Origin: an uncultured beta proteobacterium
GTDB taxonomy: Bacteria > Pseudomonadota > Gammaproteobacteria > Burkholderiales > Casimicrobiaceae
DNA length: 64,000 bases
Direction: 5' to 3'
NCBI GenBank assembly: GCA_963734575.1
Contig: CAVTHT010000007.1
Span: 224,549 to 288,548 of the forward strand
Position numbers and translations under genes: made by a program. Positions 11,390 to 20,254 of this stretch are shown here, one piece after another. The notes under the pieces were generated by a model. It saw only the letters and a list, made by a program, of their open reading frames with translations. It was not told the origin of the DNA and made no database searches. Position 1 is the first letter of the stretch. The number at the start of each line of letters is the position of its first letter.

Positions 11390-12385
11390 CGCCGGCCCAG
11401 TAGCCACAGGAACACCGGCACGCCGATGAGCGCCGTCACCACGCCGACCGGCAACTGGACCGGGGCCAGCACGCTGCGCGCGATGGTGTCGGCGACCACC
11501 AGCAGCGCACCGCCGGCCAGCGCGCACGCGGGGAGCAGCACGCGCTGATCGTTGCCGATCACGAGCCGCAGCGCGTGCGGCACGACGAGGCCGACGAAGC
11601 CGATGCTGCCGGCGGTCGTGACGGCAGCGGCGGTCGCGAGCGCCGCGAGCGCGTGCAGCACCGTGGTCACGCGGGCGCTCGACACACCGAGACTCGTTGC
11701 CACGTCCGCCCCGCGCATCAGCACGTTGAGGTCGCCCGCCAGCGCGAGTCCGCCGGCGATCACGATCACGAGGATCACGAATGCCGGCAAAGCGGGCCCC
11801 GCGGACGAGAGATCGCCGATCAGCCAGAAGAGCATGCCGCGCAACTGCACTTCCGGCGCGAGCGAGAGCAGCAGCGCGATGAGCGCACCCCAGCCCGATG
11901 CGATGACGATGCCGGTGAGCAGGAGGCGATTCGCGGTCCACGGCGCCTGCTGCGCGCCGCGGCGCGCGAGGCCGAACACGAGGATCGTCGACAGCACGGC
12001 CCCACCGAACGCCGCGGGGCTCGCCCACGCGGCGTACCCGCCGGCGATCGCCGTCAGCGCCGCGACCGCTGCACCACCGGAGAGGCCCAGCACGTACGGA
12101 TCGGCGAGAGGATTGCGCAGCAGCACCTGCATGAATGCGCCGGCGAGGGCGAGCAACGCGCCGGTGGCGAATGCGGCGAGTGCGCGCGGCAGACGCAGGT
12201 CGCGCACGATCGCGGACTCCATGTCGGTAGCACCGCCGAACACGCCCTCGATGATGCGGCCAGGCGGCAGGTGCACGCTTCCCACGGACGAGCGCCAGCG
12301 CCACGGCAAGCGCGGCGAGGGCGGTCAGCCCGAGCAGGAGGACAATGACGGCTGCCGGCGTGCGCAGAACGGGGCGCAGGATCAT
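11386..12385 (-). CDS. btuC: ABC transporter permease (FecCD/BtuC family); frameshift near 12280
   Basis: N-terminus MILRPVLRTPAAVIVLLLGLTALAALAVALALV (12385 frame) continues as ..VHLPPGRIIEGVFGG..RLPRALAAF..NPLADPYVLGLSGGAA..VGLVVPHALRLVIGNDQRVLLPACALAGGALLVVADTIAR in the 12309 frame. It is colinear with E. coli BtuC. Confidence 0.75.
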
Positions 12386-12447
12386 GGACGTCGTCGGGAT
12401 GAACGCACGCGGCGGGGCGGTGTCATTATAGGGGCCGCACTACGCGC

Positions 12448-13059
12448 GTGCCGCAGACCATGAGCAAGGCATTCACCAGGGAAACCGACGACGCCCTCGA
12501 GGACGACGATCTCGAGCAGGCCGCGCCGTTGCCTTCCGGGGCGCGCAACTACATGACACCCGGCACCTTCGCGCGCCTGAAGGCCGAGCTCGAGCGCCTG
12601 GTGCAGAAGGATCGTCCCGAGCTCGTCGCCACGATCGCGTGGGCCGCGTCCAACGGCGATCGTTCCGAGAACGGCGACTACATCTACGGCAAGCGGCGGT
12701 TGCGGGAGATCGACCGCCGGATCCGCTTTCTCATTCGCCGCCTCGATCTCGCCGAGGTCGTCGATCCGGTGACGCGTCGCGACGCCGACGACGAGGATCG
12801 CGTGTTCTTCGGCGCAACGGTCACCACCGCGAACGCCCGCGGCGAGGAGCGAACCGTGAGCATCGTCGGCGTCGACGAGATCGACACCACGCGCGGCTAC
12901 ATCAGCTGGGTGTCGCCGATGGCGCGCGCGCTCCTCAAGGCGCGCGAAGGCGACACCGTCGTGCTGCGCACGCCGGGTGGAACCGAGGAGCTCGATGTCC
13001 TGTCGGTGCGCTACGTGCCACTGGCAACCGGGGCGGCCGATGCTGCCGCGGATGGTTGA
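12448..13059 (+). CDS. greB: transcript cleavage factor GreB
   Basis: WAASNGDRSENGDYIYGKRRLREIDRRIRFL..YISWVSPMARALLKAREGDTVVLRTPGG aligns closely to E. coli GreB. Confidence 0.8.
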   Translation: MPQTMSKAFTRETDDALEDDDLEQAAPLPSGARNYMTPGTFARLKAELERLVQKDRPELVATIAWAASNGDRSENGDYIYGKRRLREIDRRIRFLIRRLDLAEVVDPVTRRDADDEDRVFFGATVTTANARGEERTVSIVGVDEIDTTRGYISWVSPMARALLKAREGDTVVLRTPGGTEELDVLSVRYVPLATGAADAAADG

Positions 13060-13092
13060 CGCCACGCCGAGCCAACACCTATAGTCGCCTGC

Positions 13093-13335
13093 ATGGCTTC
13101 CCTCTTTCCATCCGACGACGGCGTGCCGCAAAACGTCGCGTCGGAGCTCGAAGGTCTCGAGCGCAAGCTCGCGTCGCTGATCAGCCACGTGCGCGCGCTG
13201 CGCGCCGCGAACGAGGCGCTGCGGCGCGATCTCGCCACGGCGCAGACCCGCAACCGCGCACTCGCGGAAAGGGTGGTCGAGGCCACCGCGCGGATCGACG
13301 CGCTCCTCGCGAAGCTGCCGGAGGTCGCCGAATGA
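13093..13335 (+). CDS. zapB: small coiled-coil protein, ZapB-like cell-division factor
   Basis: 80-aa heptad-repeat protein immediately upstream of zapA, with its stop overlapping the zapA ATG. Confidence 0.5.
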   Translation: MASLFPSDDGVPQNVASELEGLERKLASLISHVRALRAANEALRRDLATAQTRNRALAERVVEATARIDALLAKLPEVAE

Positions 13336-13673
13336 ATGCGCGGGCCGCAGCGGATGCCGATCACGCGATCACGCTCGACGTCACGGTGCTCGGGCGCGAG
13401 TACAAGGTCGCGTGTCGCGAGGAGGAGCGTGCGGACCTCGCCGACGCCGTGGCGTTCCTCGACCGCCGCATGCGGGAGATCCGCGATTCCGGCCGCATCG
13501 CCGGCATCGAGCGCATCGCCGTCATGGCGGCGCTCAACATCGCCAACGACCTTCTGCGCCTGCGCCGCGAACCACCGGGCGGATCCGCAGTCTCAGGTTT
13601 GGACGAAGCCGCGATGCAGCGTAGAATCGATTCCATGAAAGACGCGATCGACCAGGTGCTCGCCGGCGCGTGA
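13332..13673 (+). CDS. zapA: cell division protein ZapA
   Basis: MNARAAADADHAITLDVTVLGREYKVACREEERADLADAVAFLDRRMREIR..IAVMAALNIANDLL shows the ZapA fold signature. A zapA-ssrS arrangement follows. Confidence 0.75.
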   Translation: MNARAAADADHAITLDVTVLGREYKVACREEERADLADAVAFLDRRMREIRDSGRIAGIERIAVMAALNIANDLLRLRREPPGGSAVSGLDEAAMQRRIDSMKDAIDQVLAGA

Positions 13674-13709
13674 TTCCATCCCGCCGCCGCAACCGATGCG
13701 GTGGCGCCC

Positions 13710-13897
13710 ATCAATGTTCCCTGCGGTGTTCGAGTCGTCCATACACTCTTTGAACCAATGCTAACTTAGCGAGGTTGCCGAGCCATTTCGAGCTGGTGTG
13801 CGCTCCCAAGCGGAAGTGCCTTAAGGCTCTGGCAGGTGACCACTCTTGAACCTCGGTTCAAGATGACGGACGGTACGGCACAGGTGGGGAACACCCT
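13710..13897 (+). ncRNA. ssrS: 6S RNA (SsrS) candidate
   Basis: A ~190-nt ORF-free region directly downstream of zapA, which is the conserved 6S locus. The 3' part CCACUCUUGAACCUCGGUUCAAGAUGACGGACGGUACGGCACAGG resembles E. coli 6S CACCUUGAACCAAGGGUUCAAGGGUUACAGCCUGCGGCGGC. The central GCCUUAAGG element is present. The 5' GUUCCC and 3' GGGGAAC ends can pair into a closing stem. Confidence 0.6.
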
Positions 13898-14051
13898 TCA
13901 GAAGCGCGCCCGCGACGGCGGGCGCGCAGTGCGGCAAGGCAGCACGGTGCGCGGCGGGCACATGCCTGGCGTGCATCATCCACGTTCAAGCGCCGTGCAG
14001 CGGCGTTGTGCGCGCGCTGCGATTCGTGGGCTCGAGAGACGATCGATCGCC

Positions 14052-14519
14052 ATGGCCTACTGGCTGATGAAGTCCGAGCCCGACGAGTTCTCCATCGACG
14101 ATCTCGCCGCGGCGCCCGGCAAGACCACCGCGTGGTTCGGCGTGCGCAACTATCAGGCGCGCAACTTCATGCGGGACGTGATGCGCGTCGGCGATCGTGC
14201 CTTCTTCTATCACTCGAGCTGCCCCGAGCCCGGCATCGCCGGGATCTGCGAGGTGAGCGCGCCGGCCTATCCGGACGCGACGCAGTTCGACCCCTCGAGT
14301 CCCTATCACGATCCGCATTCGCCGCGCGATGCGCCGCGCTGGGTCAACGTCGAGGTCCGCTTCGTCAAGAAGACGCGGCTCGTCGCTCTGTCCGAGCTGC
14401 GGGCGGAGCCGCGTCTCGCGCACATGCGCATCCTGCAGCGCGGCAACCGGCTCTCCATCACGCCCGTCGATCCTGCCGAGTGGACGGTCGTGCTGGAGCT
14501 CGCCGCGCGCAAAGTCTGA
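14052..14519 (+). CDS. EVE (PUA-like) domain protein
   Basis: MAYWLMKSEPDEFSIDDL..WFGVRNYQARNFMRDVMRVGDRAFFYHSS.. is the EVE domain signature. Confidence 0.7.
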   Translation: MAYWLMKSEPDEFSIDDLAAAPGKTTAWFGVRNYQARNFMRDVMRVGDRAFFYHSSCPEPGIAGICEVSAPAYPDATQFDPSSPYHDPHSPRDAPRWVNVEVRFVKKTRLVALSELRAEPRLAHMRILQRGNRLSITPVDPAEWTVVLELAARKV

Positions 14520-14523
14520 TTCA

Positions 14524-15330
14524 GTGCACCCGGAGCTGCTGCTGACGCTCGTGGTGCTCGGTGCCGCGGTCGGGTTCCTGGCGGGGCTGCTCGGGATCGG
14601 CGGCGGGCTCACGATGGTCCCGCTCCTGACCCTGCTCTTCGCGCGCGATGGTTTTCCGGCGGATCACGTCGTGCACGCAGCCGTGGCCACCGCGACGGGC
14701 GCGATGGTGTTCACGTCGATGTCGTCGGCCCGCGAGCATCACCGTCACGGCGCGGTGCTCTGGCCCGTGGTGGCGGCGCTCGCGCCCGGCGTCATCGTGG
14801 CGTCCATCGCGGGACCGCAGCTCGTGAAGGGACTTTCGACGGCGGCGTTCGCGGTGTTCTTCGGCGTGTTCGTGGCGCTGATGGCGACGCAGATCCTCGT
14901 CGATCGCAAGCCGCGGCCCACGCGGTCCTTGCCGGGGAAACCGGCGCTCGCCGCGGTCGGGGCCGGTATCGGGCTCGTCTCCAGCATGGTCGGCGCAGGC
15001 GGCGCCTTCCTGAGCGTGCCGTTCATGGTGTGGTGCAACGTTCACCTGCGCAGCGCCGTATCGACGGCGGCGGCCATCGGACTGCCGATCGCCGTGGCGG
15101 GCACCGTGGGCTTCATCATCGCCGGACGCGACGCCACCGACATGCCGCCTTACAGCCTCGGTTACATCTACCTTCCGGCGCTCGGCGCGATCGTCGTGGG
15201 CAGCGTGCTGCTCGCACCGGTCGGCGCCCGTCTCACGCATCGCTGGCCCGTGCGCACCCTGCGCCGCGCGTTTGCCTGCCTCCTCTACGTGTTGGCCGGC
15301 ACGATGGTGTGGAAGGCGTTGCGCCTGTAA
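14524..15330 (+). CDS. TauE/SafE-family sulfite/anion exporter membrane protein
   Basis: GTG start immediately after the EVE stop. Multi-pass membrane protein with the repeated GxGGG(x)F motif of TauE/SafE (LGIGGGLTMVP.., VGAGGAFLSVP..). Confidence 0.7.
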   Translation: MHPELLLTLVVLGAAVGFLAGLLGIGGGLTMVPLLTLLFARDGFPADHVVHAAVATATGAMVFTSMSSAREHHRHGAVLWPVVAALAPGVIVASIAGPQLVKGLSTAAFAVFFGVFVALMATQILVDRKPRPTRSLPGKPALAAVGAGIGLVSSMVGAGGAFLSVPFMVWCNVHLRSAVSTAAAIGLPIAVAGTVGFIIAGRDATDMPPYSLGYIYLPALGAIVVGSVLLAPVGARLTHRWPVRTLRRAFACLLYVLAGTMVWKALRL

Positions 15331-15343
15331 CGCGGCCGGCGCG

Positions 15344-16348
15344 TTATCGTGCTTCGCGCCGCCGCGCGGCCGGAGCCGGCTTCGGCCGCGCCGCTTTCGC
15401 GTCCGGCCGCTCGCGCCGCGCGCCGCCCGGCTCGATGCCGGTGATCTGGCGGATGAGCGCGCCGCCGGAGGTCATCAGGAACTCGCGGAATGCCTGCGCC
15501 ACCGGCGGCAGGCGCTTGTTGCGCCGATGCACGAGATACCAGTTCAGCATCAGCGGGAAGCCCTGCACATCCAGAACGGCGAGGCTGCCCATCGCGAGCT
15601 CCAGGCTGATGGTGTGCGCCGAGAGGAACGTAAGGCCCATCCCGGCGATGACGGCCTGCTTGATCGTCTCCGCGCTGCGAAGCTCCATCACCACGTTGAG
15701 CGCGCGGAGCTCGTCGCCGAAAGCTTCGCCCATCGAATTCCACGTGTCCGACCCCTGCTCGCGCACCACGAACGGTTCGCGCAGGATCGCGCTGAGCGGA
15801 ATGCGCCTCTTGCCGACCAGGGGATGCTGCGGTGGTGCGACGATGACGTACGGATGCGGCGCGAACGGCTCGTTGATGGTGTCCAGATCCAGAGGAGGCC
15901 GCACCATGACCGCGAGGTCCGTGCGGTTCTCCAGCAGTTCGCGCAGGAGTGCCTCCCGGTTGTGCACCTGCAGGTTGAGGATCACGCCCGGATGCCGGTG
16001 GGTGAACTCGGCCAGGAGACGCGGGAAGAAGTAATCGCCCGCGCTGATCACGGCCACGTTGAGCGTGCCCCCCGCGACGCCCTTGAGCTGCGCCATCGCG
16101 GCCTCGGCATCGTGGAACTGCTGGATGATCGCGCGGCTGTAGTGCAGCATCTCGCGGCCCGCCGGCGTGAGATAGATCTTCTTCCCGAGCTGCTCGAAAA
16201 GCGGGAGTCCGGCGTGCTGCTCGAGCTGCTTCACCTGCGCCGACACCGCGGGCTGGGTGAGATGCAGTTCCTCGGCGGCGCGGGAGAAGCTCAGACGCCG
16301 GGCGACGGCCTCGAAGACCTTGAGCTGGCGCAGCGTGGCATTCTTCAT
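15344..16348 (-). CDS. LysR-family transcriptional regulator, CbbR-like
   Basis: MKNATLRQLKVFEAVARRLSFSRAAEELHLTQPAVSAQVKQLE.. HTH followed by the LysR substrate-binding domain. Transcribed divergently from a small ORF and the tctCBA genes. Confidence 0.85.
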   Translation of the reverse strand: MKNATLRQLKVFEAVARRLSFSRAAEELHLTQPAVSAQVKQLEQHAGLPLFEQLGKKIYLTPAGREMLHYSRAIIQQFHDAEAAMAQLKGVAGGTLNVAVISAGDYFFPRLLAEFTHRHPGVILNLQVHNREALLRELLENRTDLAVMVRPPLDLDTINEPFAPHPYVIVAPPQHPLVGKRRIPLSAILREPFVVREQGSDTWNSMGEAFGDELRALNVVMELRSAETIKQAVIAGMGLTFLSAHTISLELAMGSLAVLDVQGFPLMLNWYLVHRRNKRLPPVAQAFREFLMTSGGALIRQITGIEPGGARRERPDAKAARPKPAPAARRREAR

Positions 16349-16363
16349 GGCGTGGTCGTCGGG

Positions 16364-16391
16364 TCGATAACCTTATCATTATGGTATCGAT
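16364..16391. promoter_or_regulatory. AT-rich near-perfect palindrome TCGATAACCTTATCATTATGGTATCGAT in the divergent lysR/tct promoter region (candidate LysR box, T-N11-A type)
   Basis: The inverted repeat ATCGATAACC / GGT(T)ATCGAT sits 16 bp upstream of the LysR start codon. It is strikingly AT-rich in a ~70% GC background. Confidence 0.45.
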
Positions 16392-16481
16392 CAAAAAGTT
16401 TGACTATCTCTTATGGTCTCCGCAATTTAATGTCTCGCCATCGAGTGCCGCCAGCGGCGGCCACCAGGGTGCGAGGCAGCG

Positions 16482-16820
16482 ATGGGATCACAGCACGGAC
16501 CGGATCACCTGCAGGAAGCAGAGGCCGACGGCCTCGAGCGCGACGCGTTCAACGCCGCGTTCCGCGAGCTCGGCCTGCGCTGGCACTGGGACGCGGCGCA
16601 GTTCCGCTCACTGAAGAGCAGCGCCACGGATGCGGAGCGCGTTCGCACGTACCTCGAGACGCGCGAGCCGCACCTGCTCAAGGCCTACGACGCATCGTTC
16701 CTGGTCGAGGCAGTGTGCGCGGCGAAGGCCGAAGCGTTCCGCCGCGATGCGCCTTCGTCGGCGCGGCCCGGTCGTTGCGCCGACTGCGCTGATTACGCCA
16801 CGGGGCAGACGGGCTTCTGA
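16482..16820 (+). CDS. hypothetical small protein (112 aa)
   Basis: ORF with host-like codon usage, divergent from the LysR gene. No family recognised. Confidence 0.35.
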   Translation: MGSQHGPDHLQEAEADGLERDAFNAAFRELGLRWHWDAAQFRSLKSSATDAERVRTYLETREPHLLKAYDASFLVEAVCAAKAEAFRRDAPSSARPGRCADCADYATGQTGF

Positions 16821-17075
16821 CAGCCGGCGCACTCGCGCCGCCCACCGTCGCACTCGTTCGTTGCGCTGCGCAATGCAGCGCAACGTGTTCGCACGTCCGC
16901 TCGTCGCGCACCGCTCCGGACCGCGACGAAAACTCCCTGCAATTTCACTCGCGCGCATCTTGACGCGAGTCCTTCCGAACAGGTACAAGACCGCGGTAGT
17001 GACTGGCACTTGGGAGCCAATGCAGAGCCGCAGCAGCGGTCGCCCGTCACATCTCAAGTCACCTCTGGAGGAACC

Positions 17076-18086
17076 GTGTCCATCAAGTCTGCATTGCAGC
17101 GCTCGGCTGTCGCCGTCGCTGCCGGAACGCTCGTAGTTGCCGCCATCCCCGCGTTCGCGTGGGAGCCCACGAAGCCGGTGGAATTCATCGTGCCCGCCGG
17201 TACGGGTGGCGGCGCCGACCAGATGGCGCGCCTGCTGCAAGGCGTCATCTCCAAGAACAACCTGATGAAGCAGCCGCTCATCGTGGTCAACAAGTCCGGC
17301 GGCGCCGGCGCAGAAGGCTTCCTCGACGTGAAGGGTTCGAAGGGCGACCCGCACAAGATCATCATCACGCTGTCGAACCTGTTCACGACGCCGCTCGCGA
17401 CGGGCGTGCCGTTCAGCTACAAGGACCTCACCCCGGTCGCGATGCTCGCGCTCGACAACTTCGTGCTGTGGGTCAACGCCGAAACGCCGTACCAGAGCGC
17501 CAAGCAGTACGTCGACGCGGTGAAGACGGGTGGCGCGAACAAGTTCAAGATGGGCGGCACGGGCTCGAAGCAGGAAGACCAGATCATCACGGTCGCGCTC
17601 GAGAAGGCCACGGGCGTCAAGATGACCTACATCCCGTTCAAGGGAGGCGGCGACGTCGCGGTGCAACTCGTCGGCAAGCACATCGACTCGTCGGTCAACA
17701 ATCCGATCGAGGCGGTTGCGCAGTGGCGCGCCGGCGCGCTGCGGCCGCTGTGCGTGTTCGGCGCCGAGCGCATGCCGTACAAGAACAAGGTGACGGACAA
17801 GATGTCCTGGAACGACATCCCGACCTGCAAGGAAGCAGGCGTGCCGATCGACTACGAGATGCTGCGCGGCATCTTCATGTCGCCGGGCGTCAGCCCCGAC
17901 CAGGTGGCCTACTACGTCGACCTGTTCAAGAAGGTGCGGGAGACGCCCGACTGGAAGAAGTTCATGGAAGACGGCGCGTTCACCCAGACGTTCATGACGG
18001 GGCCGGAGTACCTGAAGTGGGTCGAGAAGGCCGAAGGTACGCACCGTGAACTGATGAAGGAGGCCGGTTTCCTGGCCAAGCAGTAG
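17076..18086 (+). CDS. tctC: tripartite tricarboxylate transporter substrate-binding protein TctC (Bug family)
   Basis: GTG start after GGAGGAA. Signal peptide ..AAIPAFA. EPTKPVEFIVPAGTGGGADQMARLL.. is the Bug/TctC signature. Confidence 0.85.
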   Translation: MSIKSALQRSAVAVAAGTLVVAAIPAFAWEPTKPVEFIVPAGTGGGADQMARLLQGVISKNNLMKQPLIVVNKSGGAGAEGFLDVKGSKGDPHKIIITLSNLFTTPLATGVPFSYKDLTPVAMLALDNFVLWVNAETPYQSAKQYVDAVKTGGANKFKMGGTGSKQEDQIITVALEKATGVKMTYIPFKGGGDVAVQLVGKHIDSSVNNPIEAVAQWRAGALRPLCVFGAERMPYKNKVTDKMSWNDIPTCKEAGVPIDYEMLRGIFMSPGVSPDQVAYYVDLFKKVRETPDWKKFMEDGAFTQTFMTGPEYLKWVEKAEGTHRELMKEAGFLAKQ

Positions 18087-18094
18087 CTTTCCTT

Positions 18095-18133
18095 CGCGAG
18101 GGCCGCGCGGGCATCGTCCCGGCGGCCCTCGCG
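18095..18133 (+). terminator. GC-rich stem-loop between tctC and tctB (CGCGAGGGCCGC..GCGGCCCTCGCG), possible intra-operon attenuator/partial terminator
   Basis: 12-bp perfect inverted repeat followed by CTTTCCC. No strong U-tract. Confidence 0.3.
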
Positions 18134-18180
18134 CTTTCCCGGCGTCCGTCACGGGCGCATCGCAACCTCCAATCACGCTC

Positions 18181-18696
18181 ATGAACGAACAACCGCATGT
18201 CGCGCACGAAGGCGGCGTCTCCGCCCGCACGGTCGAGCTCGTCGTCGCGCTGCTGATCTTCGCGCTGGGAATGCTGGTCCTCGTGGACAGCTACCGGCTC
18301 GGCTCGAAGTGGGGCGCCGACGGCCCGCAGTCCGGATACTTCCCGTTCTACATCGGCGTGCTGCTGTGCATCGCGAGCGGCATCATCTTCGTCCAGGGCC
18401 TCGCCAACTCGGCGATGAAGGGCGAGCTCTTCGTCACGTGGGGACCGTTGAAGCTCGTGCTGACGGTGCTGATCCCAGCGGCGGTCTACGTGCTCGCGGT
18501 GCAGTACATCGGGCTCTACATCGCGTCCGCCATCTACATCACGGTCTTCATGGTCTGGCTGGGCCACTACTCCTGGCTGCGCAGCCTGGCGGTGGGCATC
18601 GGTGTCAACGTCGCGCTGTTCCTGATGTTCGAAGTCTGGTTCAAGGTGCCGTTGTTCAAGGGCGAGCTCAACCCGCTCGGCTTCCTGGGCTACTGA
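18181..18696 (+). CDS. tctB: tripartite tricarboxylate transporter small permease TctB
   Basis: 171-aa 4-TM protein directly between tctC and tctA. Confidence 0.8.
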   Translation: MNEQPHVAHEGGVSARTVELVVALLIFALGMLVLVDSYRLGSKWGADGPQSGYFPFYIGVLLCIASGIIFVQGLANSAMKGELFVTWGPLKLVLTVLIPAAVYVLAVQYIGLYIASAIYITVFMVWLGHYSWLRSLAVGIGVNVALFLMFEVWFKVPLFKGELNPLGFLGY

Positions 18697-18720
18697 TCCC
18701 ACCCGCCGCTAGGAGACGCA

Positions 18721-20232
18721 GTGGTAGAACTCAGCGCACTTTTCCAGGGATTCTCGGTAGTCCTGACGCCGTTCAACATGCTGCTGATGATGATCGGCAT
18801 CGTGCTGGGCGTGATCATCGGCGTGCTCCCCGGCCTCGGCGGCGCGAACGGCGTCGCCATCCTGCTGCCGCTCACGTTCACGATGCCGCCGACGTCGGCG
18901 ATCATCATGCTGTCGTGCATCTATTGGGGCGCGCTGTTCGGCGGCGCCATCACGTCGGTGCTCTTCAACATTCCCGGCGAGCCCTGGTCGGTCGCGACCA
19001 CCTTCGACGGCTATCCCATGGCGCAACAGGGCCGCGCGGGCGAGGCGCTGACGGCGGCATTCACCTCGTCGTTCGTCGGCGCGTTCGTCGCGGTCGTGAT
19101 GATCACGTTCCTCGCGCCCATGGTCGCGAAGTTCGCGCTGCGCTTCGGTCCACCGGAGTTCTTCTCGGTGTACCTGCTCACGTTCTGCAGCTTCATCGGG
19201 ATGGGCAAGGGCTCGCCGTGGAAGACGCTCGCGTCCATGATGCTCGGCTTCGCGCTGGCGGCCGTCGGCATGGATACGGTGACGGGGCAGCTGCGGCTCA
19301 TCTTCGGCTTCACCGAGCTCATGCGCGGCTTCGACTTCCTGATCGCCGTCATCGGTCTTTTCGGCATCGGCGAAATCCTGCTCTCGATGGAGGAAGGACT
19401 GTCCTTCACCGGCAAGACCGCCAAGATCGATCCGAAGGTCGTGCTGCAGACGTGGGCGAAGCTGCCGCATTACTGGATGACCTCGCTGCGCAGCTGCCTC
19501 ATCGGCTGCTGGATGGGCATCACGCCCGGTGGTGCGACGCCGGCCTCGTTCATGAGCTACGGCGTCGCCAAGCGCATGTCGCGCGACGGCGCCAAGTTCG
19601 GCACCGGGCAGATCGAAGGCGTCGTGGCGCCGGAAACCGCGGCGCATGCGGCGGGCACGTCGGCACTCCTGCCGATGATCGCGCTCGGTATCCCGGGCTC
19701 GCCGACGGCTGCGGTGCTGCTCGGCGGCCTGCTGATCTGGGGCCTGCAGCCGGGCCCGCTGCTCTTCGTCGAACAGAAGGAGTTCGTCTGGGGGCTGATC
19801 GCGAGCATGTACCTCGGCAACATCGCCGGCCTCATCATCGTGCTCACCTGCGTACCGCTGTTCGCCGCGATCCTGCGCATCCCGTTCTCGATCATCGCGC
19901 CGATCATCGTGGTGATCTGCGCCATCGGCGCGTACACCGTGCACAACGCGATGCTCGACATCTGGCTCATGATCCTCTTCGGCGTCATCGGCTACGTGTT
20001 CAAGAAGCTGGAATATCCGCTCGCGCCACTGGTGCTCGCGCTCGTCCTCGGCGACCGCGCGGAGGATTCGTTCCGCCAGTCGATGCTCATCTCGCAGGGC
20101 GACATGAGCATCTTCTTCTCGAACGGGCTGGTCGGCGGCATCACGGCGCTGGCCCTCGTGCTGCTCGTCTGGCCGCTGGTGTCGCACGTCATCGCAAGGC
20201 TGCGCGCCGGCACGCCCGAAATCGCCACGTAG
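18721..20232 (+). CDS. tctA: tripartite tricarboxylate transporter large permease TctA
   Basis: 503-aa polytopic membrane protein with the TctA signature (GxLPGLGGANGVAILLPLTF..). Intact. Confidence 0.85.
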   Translation: MVELSALFQGFSVVLTPFNMLLMMIGIVLGVIIGVLPGLGGANGVAILLPLTFTMPPTSAIIMLSCIYWGALFGGAITSVLFNIPGEPWSVATTFDGYPMAQQGRAGEALTAAFTSSFVGAFVAVVMITFLAPMVAKFALRFGPPEFFSVYLLTFCSFIGMGKGSPWKTLASMMLGFALAAVGMDTVTGQLRLIFGFTELMRGFDFLIAVIGLFGIGEILLSMEEGLSFTGKTAKIDPKVVLQTWAKLPHYWMTSLRSCLIGCWMGITPGGATPASFMSYGVAKRMSRDGAKFGTGQIEGVVAPETAAHAAGTSALLPMIALGIPGSPTAAVLLGGLLIWGLQPGPLLFVEQKEFVWGLIASMYLGNIAGLIIVLTCVPLFAAILRIPFSIIAPIIVVICAIGAYTVHNAMLDIWLMILFGVIGYVFKKLEYPLAPLVLALVLGDRAEDSFRQSMLISQGDMSIFFSNGLVGGITALALVLLVWPLVSHVIARLRAGTPEIAT

Positions 20233-20254
20233 CGCTTGCCGACTGGGTGCAGAC

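Noticed and set aside
13705-13760. tRNA-like T-loop GGTGTTCGAGTCG
   Set aside because: No complementary acceptor, D or anticodon arms can be drawn. The motif lies inside the 6S RNA candidate.
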